Positions 55,833-64,000 of a stretch of 64,000 nucleotides of DNA are shown here, in pieces. Origin of the DNA: Acidimicrobiia bacterium. Lineage in GTDB: Bacteria > Actinomycetota > Acidimicrobiia > Spongiisociales > UBA11373. Positions within the stretch are counted from its first letter, which is position 1, and each line of letters opens with the position of its first letter. Made by a program: the position numbers and the translations under genes. The notes beneath the pieces are model-generated. The model did no database searches. It was not told the DNA's origin and worked only from the letters and a program-made list of their open reading frames with translations. The stretch lies in contig JBBDMM010000016.1 in the NCBI GenBank assembly GCA_040878325.1, forward strand, positions 1 to 64,000, read 5' to 3'.

Positions 55833-56474
55833 TTACAGCCCCAGCAGGTCGGGGGTCAAGAGGTCCACCACTTCCGCTCCTGAGGCTATCAGCGCGGCTC
55901 GATCCGACATTGGTCTGACCACGGCGATCGTGCGCATGCCGGCGGCGATCGAGGCCTCCGCCCCGGTGCCGCTGTCTTCTATCGCCACACACTCGGCAGG
56001 CTCCACGTCCAGCCTTCGGGCCGCGGCGAGGTAGCAATCCGGCGCCGGCTTTCCACGCGCCACGTCGTCGCCCGAGACCGAGACGGCGAAGCGCCCCCCG
56101 AGCCCGGCCGCGCGGAGGGTCAGATCGAGCCGACCGCGAGGGCTGGCCGACGCCACCGCGACTGGAAGTCCCGCCGCCTCGCACGCCTCCAGCGTGGCGA
56201 TCCCGTCGGGGAACACGCTCAGGGCGCGGTCGAACGACCTGTCGAGGGCGGACAACAGCATCGGCCACACATCCGGCTTGGGCGGCAACGGGGCGATCGC
56301 CGAGAGAAAGTCATGCGTCGGGTCGAACCCGAACCCGGTGCAGGCCTCGATCTCGGGAACGCCCGCCGGGTGGTCGAGCGTGGTGAGAACGTCGATCCAG
56401 GCAGCCACCGAATGCGGCTCGGAGTCCACGAGCACCCCGTCGCAGTCGAAGACGACCGCCGCCGGGCGGTTCAA
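55833..56474 (-). CDS. HAD family phosphatase
   Basis: FDCDGVLVDSE, GKPAPD, IEDS..G. Confidence 0.92.
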   Translation of the reverse strand: MNRPAAVVFDCDGVLVDSEPHSVAAWIDVLTTLDHPAGVPEIEACTGFGFDPTHDFLSAIAPLPPKPDVWPMLLSALDRSFDRALSVFPDGIATLEACEAAGLPVAVASASPRGRLDLTLRAAGLGGRFAVSVSGDDVARGKPAPDCYLAAARRLDVEPAECVAIEDSGTGAEASIAAGMRTIAVVRPMSDRAALIASGAEVVDLLTPDLLGL

Positions 56475-57913
56475 AGCCCGACCCGCTCCCGAATCAGCCG
56501 GTCGACGAGGCGGGGATCGGCTTTGCCGCCGGTGGCCTTCATCACCTGGCCGACGAGGAAGCCGACGAGCCGCTCCTCTCCCTCCCGAATCCTGCCCACC
56601 TCGTCGGGGTGCGCGGCGAGAACGGAGTCGACCTCGGGCCCGAGCGCCGACTCGTCCGAGACCTGGAGCAAGTCGCGGGTCGTCGCAATCTCCCGAGGCG
56701 AACCTTCTCCCGCCAGCACCCCGATCAGGACCTCCTTCGCTGCAGTCGCCGAGAGATCGCCACCTCCGACCATCCCGATTAACTCGGCGAGGCTTGCCCC
56801 GTCGAGCGAGATGTCAGCCGGCGCGGCCCCGGTGCGATTCAGGTGAGCGGCGACTTCGCCGGTCAGCCAGTTGGCGGCTGCCCGCGGGTCGCCGCCGGCG
56901 GCAACCGTGGCGTCGAACAGGTTGGCGAGGTCGCCGGCGACGAGAGTCGCTGCCGCGGTGGGCTCGATCCCCAGCGTGACGTAGCGCGCCCTCCGCAGGG
57001 CCGGAAGCTCGGGTAGTCCGCTTCGAATGCGCTCGACGACATCCGGATTGGTCTGGAGCGGGACAAGATCAGGCTCGGGGAAGTAGCGATAGTCGCTCGA
57101 CTCCTCTTTGCTGCGCCCCGGCTGGGTACGGCCCGCCTCCTCGTCCCAATGGCGGGTCTCCTGGGCGATGGGCTCCCCGTCGTCGAGGAGCGCCGTCTGC
57201 CGATCGATCTCGAAGGCGAGGGCACGCTGCAGCGACCGCATCGAGTTCATGTTCTTGACCTCGACCTTCACCCCTAATGCCTCGTCACCCTCGGGCCTGA
57301 GCGAGACGTTCGCGTCGAATCGAAAACTTCCCTCCTCGAGCCGGGCGTCGGAGATGCCGAGGGCGAGCACGATCGCCCGCAACTCCTGGGCATAGGCGCG
57401 GGCCTCCTCAGGCGTTCTGATATCGGGCTCCGAAACGACCTCCATCAGCGGGATGCCCGACCGGTTGAAGTCGATGAGCGCCCCCTCGGCGTCGTGGATT
57501 CGGCCCCCACCGCCGAGGTGGGTGCTCTTGCCGGTGTCCTCCTCGAGGTGCACCCGGGTGATCCCGACTCGCCGCGCTCCCGACCCGGGGTCGACTTCGA
57601 GATGGCCGCCGACGCAGAGCGGGAGATCGAACTGGGAGATCTGATAGTTCTTGGGGAGGTCGGCGTAAAAGTAGTTCTTGCGGTGAAACACCGAGTGCTG
57701 GGTTATCTCGCAACCGAGGGCGATGCCCAGCGCCACCGTCCACTGGATGGCGCGCTCGTTGGGTACCGGAAGCGCTCCCGGCAGCCCGAGACAGACCGGG
57801 CAGACATTGGTGTTCGGCTCCCCGCCGAACCCGGCGGGGCATCCACAGAACATCTTTGAAGCGGTCGACAGCTCGACGTGGGTCTCGATGCCGATGACAG
57901 GTTCGTATCTCAC
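56471..57913 (-). CDS. gatB: Asp/Glu-tRNA amidotransferase subunit B
   Basis: IGIETHVEL, RKNYFYADLPKNYQISQ, HLEEDTGK, DYRYFPEPDL. Confidence 0.97.
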   Translation of the reverse strand: MRYEPVIGIETHVELSTASKMFCGCPAGFGGEPNTNVCPVCLGLPGALPVPNERAIQWTVALGIALGCEITQHSVFHRKNYFYADLPKNYQISQFDLPLCVGGHLEVDPGSGARRVGITRVHLEEDTGKSTHLGGGGRIHDAEGALIDFNRSGIPLMEVVSEPDIRTPEEARAYAQELRAIVLALGISDARLEEGSFRFDANVSLRPEGDEALGVKVEVKNMNSMRSLQRALAFEIDRQTALLDDGEPIAQETRHWDEEAGRTQPGRSKEESSDYRYFPEPDLVPLQTNPDVVERIRSGLPELPALRRARYVTLGIEPTAAATLVAGDLANLFDATVAAGGDPRAAANWLTGEVAAHLNRTGAAPADISLDGASLAELIGMVGGGDLSATAAKEVLIGVLAGEGSPREIATTRDLLQVSDESALGPEVDSVLAAHPDEVGRIREGEERLVGFLVGQVMKATGGKADPRLVDRLIRERVGL

Positions 57914-59388
57914 CGGGCCCCCTCCGAGGAAGCCAGCTCGGGGCGAATGTCGAAACCCGAAAGCCGTTCGACCTCCGCCGCCACCCGGAACATCACGGCT
58001 TCGCCGAGCGCGGGGGCCAGCACCTGGAACCCGACCGGCAAGCCATCCTCGTCCAGACCAACCGGCACCGAGACGGCGGGATCGCCGCTGAGGTTCGAGG
58101 GGATCGTGCAGATGTCGCTCAGATACATCGCCAGCGGGTCGTCGGCCCGCTCCCCCACCTCGAACGCAGTGGTGGGACTGGTCGGTGTCACCAGGACGTC
58201 CACCTCCGCGTAAGCCTTCTTGAAGTCCTCCATCACCAATGTGCGCACCTTCTGCGCCTGTCCGTAGAACGCGTCGTAGTAGCCCGCCGACAGGGCGTAG
58301 GTGCCGAGGAGGATGCGCCGGGTGACTTCCGGGCCGAAGCCGTCGCGGCGGGTCGCCGACATCATCGCCTCGACACTGTCACCGTCGACCCGCGGCCCGT
58401 AACGGACCCCATCGAACCGGGCGAGGTTGGCCGAGCATTCTGCCGGGGCGATCAGGTAGTAGGCGCTGAGGGCGAACTCGGTGGAAGGAAGCGAGACCTC
58501 CTTCACCGCCGCACCGGCGGCGTCAAGGCGATCGACAGTCGCCTGGAAGGCGGCGGCGACGCCCGGCTGGATGCCGTCGCCCGACAACTCCCGCACGATC
58601 CCGATCCGAAGCCCCTTGACCCCCTTGTCGAGGTCCACCCGCGGATCGGGGTAGCTCCCCCGGAACGAGGTGGCGTCGGCGGGGTCATGTCCAGCCACCG
58701 CCTCGAAGAGGGTGACCGTGTCGGCGACGGTTCTGCCGATGGGGCCGATCTGATCCAGCGAGGAGGCGAACGCGATCAGTCCGTAACGGCTGACGAGCCC
58801 GTAGGTGGGCTTCATCCCCACGACACCGCACAGCGAGGCAGGCTGGCGGATCGACCCGCCGGTGTCGGAACCGAACGCTCCGAAGGCGGAGCCCACCGCC
58901 ACAGCCGCCGCAGAGCCCCCGCTGCTGCCCCCGGGGACCCGATCTGGGTTCCACGGGTTGCGGGTAGTGCCGTAGGCCGAGTTCTCGGTGGACGACCCCA
59001 TGGCGAACTCGTCGAGGTTGGTCTTGCCGAGGATCACGGCGCCGCCCGTCTTGAGCCGCTCGACGACCGTGGCGTCGTATGGCGGGATGTAGCCGGCGAG
59101 GATTCGCGACGAGCAGGTGGTCTCGATCCCCCGGGTCACCATGTTGTCCTTGAGGGCGATCGGAATCCCGTGGAGCGGCCCGCGGTCCTCCCCACGGGAG
59201 AAGGCAGCGTCGGCCTCCACCGCGGCGGCGGTGGCGCCATCGGCATCGATGGTGAGATACGCATGGAGGATGGCCTCGGTCATCGAGACCCGACGGCGGA
59301 CGGCAGCGAGCAGATCGACCGCGGTGAGATCACCCGATCGGAGGCGCGCCCCGGCCTCGGCGATGGTGAGGTCGGCGAGGTCCATCAC
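57910..59388 (-). CDS. gatA: Asp/Glu-tRNA amidotransferase subunit A
   Basis: GKTNLDEFAMGSSTENS, PGGSSGGS, GSDTGGSIRQPA, RRILLGTYALS. Confidence 0.97.
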   Translation of the reverse strand: MMDLADLTIAEAGARLRSGDLTAVDLLAAVRRRVSMTEAILHAYLTIDADGATAAAVEADAAFSRGEDRGPLHGIPIALKDNMVTRGIETTCSSRILAGYIPPYDATVVERLKTGGAVILGKTNLDEFAMGSSTENSAYGTTRNPWNPDRVPGGSSGGSAAAVAVGSAFGAFGSDTGGSIRQPASLCGVVGMKPTYGLVSRYGLIAFASSLDQIGPIGRTVADTVTLFEAVAGHDPADATSFRGSYPDPRVDLDKGVKGLRIGIVRELSGDGIQPGVAAAFQATVDRLDAAGAAVKEVSLPSTEFALSAYYLIAPAECSANLARFDGVRYGPRVDGDSVEAMMSATRRDGFGPEVTRRILLGTYALSAGYYDAFYGQAQKVRTLVMEDFKKAYAEVDVLVTPTSPTTAFEVGERADDPLAMYLSDICTIPSNLSGDPAVSVPVGLDEDGLPVGFQVLAPALGEAVMFRVAAEVERLSGFDIRPELASSEGAR

Positions 59389-59672
59389 TCGTCCAGGAAT
59401 GGCGGAACGCGGAAGTAGGGGCCCTCACGATCGGGGGCCTGGGAGAGCACCTCCTCACGGTCGAGGGTGGGCTCCACCTCGTCGGAACGAAAGGCGTTGA
59501 CCATGGGGAGGGGGTGGGCGGTGGGAGCGACCCCGTCGGTGGGAAGCGCCTGCACCCGGGCGGCGTGTTCGAGAATCACCTGGAGCTGCTGCTCATAGTG
59601 GACGAGTTCCTCGGGCGTCAGCCCGATGCGGGCCAGACGCGCCACCTTGGCGATGTCGATCTCGATGGGCAT
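59385..59672 (-). CDS. gatC: Asp/Glu-tRNA amidotransferase subunit C
   Basis: VARLARI, PTAHP, FRSD, YFRVP; upstream of gatA. Confidence 0.93.
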   Translation of the reverse strand: MPIEIDIAKVARLARIGLTPEELVHYEQQLQVILEHAARVQALPTDGVAPTAHPLPMVNAFRSDEVEPTLDREEVLSQAPDREGPYFRVPPFLDE

Positions 59673-59715
59673 GGGGCGATGGTACCGGCGGGCCTACTGC
59701 CCGCAGCCCGGGCGA

Positions 59716-60746
59716 CTACGCGCTGAGGAAGCGCCGCATCACCTCGAAGCACTGACCGAGTGTCGCCGCAGGGGCGCTCTCGTCCTGCTTGTGGGCCTGG
59801 GCGACCTCGCCCGGCCCGTAGTTGACCGCCGGCACACCGCGGGCGGCGAGCCTGGCGACATCTGTCCACGCGGTCTTGGCCGATACGGTCGAAACCATTC
59901 CCCGCAGCCGGCCGAGGTGAGGGTTGTCCTCTGGGATGGGCGCTGCCATCGCCCGATCGACGATCTCCACGGAGTCGGCGGCGGCGCAGGCCTCCCTGAC
60001 CATTGCCTCGGCTTCCTCGACCGAGCGATCGGGCGGATACCGGTGGTTGAGGTTGAGCACGAACCGTGGGGGGATCATGTTGGCTGCCACCCCGCCCTCG
60101 GCGAGGGTCACCGCGAACGTCTCCTTGAAGGTGAGGCCGGCGACCTCGACATCTCGCCATCCACGCTCGTGCATCTCCGCCAGCCACGAGCCCGCCTTGG
60201 TGATGGCGTTCTCCCCGAGCCAGGGCCGGGCGCTGTGCGCCGACACGCCGTGGAATTCGACCCGTGCGTTGATCGCCCCCTGGCAGCCCAACTGGAGTTC
60301 ACCGTCGGTCGGTTCCATCACCACCGCGAACTCGCTCTCGAGCAGAACAGGTGCCTCGTCGAGCACCCGTTCGAGCCCGTTGCCCGCGGCCGGACCCTCC
60401 TCGGCGTCATAGAAAACCCCGAGCACATCGAAGGGCCCACCGCGAACCGACTCATCCTCCAGCAGGGCGACCATCACCGCCAAGCCACCCTTCATGTCTG
60501 ACGCCCCCAGGCCATGAACCCGCCCCCCTTCGACCTTTGCCGGGAGGTTGCCCTGCTCGGGGACGGTGTCGAGATGCCCGTACAGCGAGATCAGGGGTCG
60601 CCCCGTGCGGTGCCCCACCACCACCGATCTTCCGATGATCTGCGGGGCGAGACCCGAGAGACGTTCGGCGACCGCATCGCGCAGCGCGTCCTCGGCCCCT
60701 GTCGGCGAAGGAATGTCGATCAGCCAGACGAGGTCGTCGACCAGGC

Positions 60747-60750
<4 letters not shown>
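59716..60750 (-). CDS. dapE: Succinyl-diaminopimelate desuccinylase
   Basis: GHLDTVP, GASDMKGG, EEG, HSARPWLGENAI, WTDVAR, AHKQDE. Confidence 0.93.
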
Positions 60751-61534
<784 letters not shown>

Positions 61535-61556
<22 letters not shown>

Positions 61557-62683
61557 GACGCCACCACCTCCGCCGCTTCGGCACATTCCCCCACGGTCGG
61601 CACCAGAGCCAGGCGCAGATGCCCCTCGCCGCCAGGCCCGAACGCCGATCCCGGGGACACCACCACCCCTTCGGCCAGCAGTCGCTTGGTCGCATCGATG
61701 TCGTCGTCGACGGCGACCCAGAGGTAGAGCCCGGCGGTGGAGGCGACCACCGCGATGCCGTCCTCCTCGAAGCGCCGCCGCAGGATCGCCCGCTTGTTGT
61801 TGAAGATCTGGCGACGGTCCTCGGCATGGGCATCGTCCGACCACGCGGCCGCGGCGGCGGCCTGGATGAACTCCGGAGAGCCCACCCCCACCGACGACCG
61901 CAGCGATTTGATCGCCGCGATCGCCGCGGGATCGCCCACGATCGCTCCGCTCCGGTACCCCGTCATACCGGACCGCTTGCTCGTCGAGAAGAAGGCCAGT
62001 ACCCCACGGCTTCCGGGTCCCGCGACCTCGAGAGCAGAAGTCGGCGGCTCGTCTTCCCAGAGGTCGGCGTACGCCTCGTCATTGCACAGGAGTGCATCGT
62101 GGTCGCGGCACGCTTCCAGCAGTTCCTCCAGGTCGGCGCGCGAGGTGACCGCGCCGGTGGGGTTGTGGGGACTGCATGACCACACCATCCGAATGCGGCC
62201 CCAGGCGGCTGCAGGCACGTCGGCGGCGCGGAGCACGAAGTCACCCGCCAGCCGCACCGCGATCGCCTCGGCGCCGGCGAACCGCAGCCCGCGCTCGTGA
62301 ATCGGGTACCCCGGCGTACAGAACACCCCGGCGTCGCCGGCGGCGCGATCGACGAAGGCGAACGGTGTGGTGAAGATCGCCTCCTTCGCCCCCGAGGTCG
62401 GCACAACCTGGGTATCCGGATCGACTTCGATCCCAAAGCGTCTCCCCACCCAACCGGCGATCGATTCGCGCAGCGAACGCAAGCCGGAAACGGTCGGGTA
62501 CTGGGACACCTCGGGAATAGCGGCGGCGGCGGCATCCCGGATGAACTCGGGGGTCGGCTCGCGGGGATCGCCGAGCGAGAAGTCGATGAGCCGCTCGCCG
62601 GCATCTCGCATCCGCCGCGCCGTCTCCTGGATCTCGGCGATTGGATACGCGCCCAATTCGGCGAGCACCGGGTTGGTTCGCAT
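61535..62683 (-). CDS. dapC: Succinyldiaminopimelate aminotransferase (class I/II PLP)
   Basis: GDPREPTP, SGAKEAIF, PHNPTG, DEAY, STSKRSGMTGYRSG; operon with dapD and dapE. Confidence 0.88.
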
Positions 62684-62736
62684 GGCACCCAACGGTAGTG
62701 CCGGGATGCTCCACCACAGATTTACCATCGTTGCCC

Positions 62737-63141
62737 GTGAACCATCGCCGCTTTCGCATCACGATCCTGCTGCTCACTCTGGCGCTGGCCGGGGTCGTCG
62801 GGCTGACCGTCGTCCTCGCCCCCGACGGCCAGGAGCCGGATCTACCCGGCGCACTCGAGGCGGTGTTCCCCTTGCCGGGGGACGCTGTGGTCCGCCAGAC
62901 GGCGATCCAGATCGACCTGCCCATCGGTTACACGGTCGAGATCGAGGTCGATGGCATCTGGATCCCGCCCCATGAGATCGGTCTCACCGCGGCCACCGGC
63001 GAGTATCGATGGCAGCCCAGCACCGAGAGCGTCCTGCCGTTCTGGGAACCCGGCGATCACACGGTCACCATCCGATGGAACCGCGTCTCCGGCGGCCGGC
63101 CTGACCCAGGCGAGTTCACCTGGACCTTCCGGGTGTTCTGA
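62737..63141 (+). CDS. Hypothetical membrane-anchored protein with Ig-like extracellular domain
   Basis: N-terminal TM, then VFP.PG, PGDHTVTIRW, FTWTFRV. Confidence 0.7.
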   Translation: MNHRRFRITILLLTLALAGVVGLTVVLAPDGQEPDLPGALEAVFPLPGDAVVRQTAIQIDLPIGYTVEIEVDGIWIPPHEIGLTAATGEYRWQPSTESVLPFWEPGDHTVTIRWNRVSGGRPDPGEFTWTFRVF

Positions 63142-63162
63142 GCCCGGATCAGGTATCCGTCA

Positions 63163-63834
63163 TCACCCACCGCCAGAGGACAGGCCCCGGACCGGCCGAC
63201 CGGCCTCGCGCGGCGTCTGGTAGAGCCACTCCTCAAGACGCGCTCGCGCCGTCGGCCACTCTTCGTCGATCATGGCGTACCAGGCGGTGTCGCGGTTACG
63301 CCCCTTGACGATCATGTGGTTGCGGAACACCCCTTCGAACGCGAAGCCGAGCCGCAGGGCCGCCTTCCTCGAGGGCTCGTTGAGCGCGTCGCACTTCCAC
63401 TCCACCCGGCGGCAACCCAGATGGTCGAACGATTCGCGCAACAACAGGTAGGCGACCTCGGTGTTGACGGTGGTGCGCTGCGCACTCGGGGAGTACCAGA
63501 TGTGGCCGATCTCGACCCGACGGTTGGCGCGATCGCGGTTCATCAACGCGGCCATGCCCACCGGGTCCCCCTCGACTTCGGCCGTCCACCACCGCGGGTC
63601 CTCCGATCCGACCGTCGAGGCGATCCACTCGCTCATCGCTCGCTCATGGGTCCACGGACCGTATGCCATATAGGTCCACACGGCTGCGTGGGTGCGATGA
63701 GTGGCGGGAAACAGCATGGCCGCATCGTCGGGGTCGGGAGGGCGCAAGGTGACGCCGCCGCCTTCGATCACCGGCGGGGGCTCGCCAACCGGTTCGGCCG
63801 CCCGGACCTCACCGCCGACCGGAGGGCCGCTCAA
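63163..63834 (-). CDS. GNAT (RimJ/RimL-type) acetyltransferase
   Basis: VEIGHIWY, RRVEWKCDALNEPS..AALRLGF.FEG.FR.HMIVKGRNRDTAWY; TTGA overlap with the upstream gene. Confidence 0.92.
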   Translation of the reverse strand: MSGPPVGGEVRAAEPVGEPPPVIEGGGVTLRPPDPDDAAMLFPATHRTHAAVWTYMAYGPWTHERAMSEWIASTVGSEDPRWWTAEVEGDPVGMAALMNRDRANRRVEIGHIWYSPSAQRTTVNTEVAYLLLRESFDHLGCRRVEWKCDALNEPSRKAALRLGFAFEGVFRNHMIVKGRNRDTAWYAMIDEEWPTARARLEEWLYQTPREAGRPVRGLSSGGG

Positions 63835-64000
63835 CGTTCGACCACCCCTACCAGCCGGCCGGAGTCGTCGACCACAGGCATCGGCCACACGGTCGCATTG
63901 ACGCGGTCGAGGAGGTCGACCGGGTCGTCCGGGGCGACGAACCGCGACTCTCGCGTCACGGACCCGACGGTGGCCCTCGGGTCGGCCGATTCGAGGTCGA
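63831..64000 (-). CDS. C-terminus of a CBS-domain protein (5'-partial)
   Basis: Manual translation ...TVGSVTRESRFVAPDDPV...MPVVDDSGRLVGVVER*. Confidence 0.7.
   Translation of the reverse strand, partial: DLESADPRATVGSVTRESRFVAPDDPVDLLDRVNATVWPMPVVDDSGRLVGVVER

Overview
High-GC bacterial chromosomal window. Gene content and order (FAH-family gene, gltX, tRNA-Gln, tRNA-Glu; acyl-ACP desaturase; cofC/fbiD; dapC-dapD-dapE; gatCAB) point to an Actinomycetota genome, plausibly Acidimicrobiia (inference). Most of it is housekeeping: moaA, pruA, pyk, gltX, ilvE, pepN, gatCAB, dapCDE, a tungstate-type ABC transporter and a cell-wall glycopolymer cluster. Standout observations: (1) a 4.4-kb accessory region downstream of tRNA-Glu where unrelated single genes are each separated by a co-oriented 30-bp element (consensus CTCgGCCAGCGTRCGKRAATGTCAYCMGAG, 5 full copies plus 1 degenerate). 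This looks like an integron-unrelated gene-cassette array with no recombinase in the window. (2) A MerB (organomercurial lyase)-like gene split by an in-frame TGA at the second catalytic Cys position and followed by a SECIS-like hairpin, so probably a selenoprotein. (3) An AbiEi/AbiEii toxin-antitoxin pair bracketed by a perfect 19-bp duplication of the moaA 3' end. (4) Pervasive intergenic period-7 tandem repeats of many sequence families, and a REP-like palindromic family. (5) A FecR-domain surface protein whose signal peptide can only be made from a non-canonical ATA start. All calls come from reading the sequence and recognising motifs; no database search was run.
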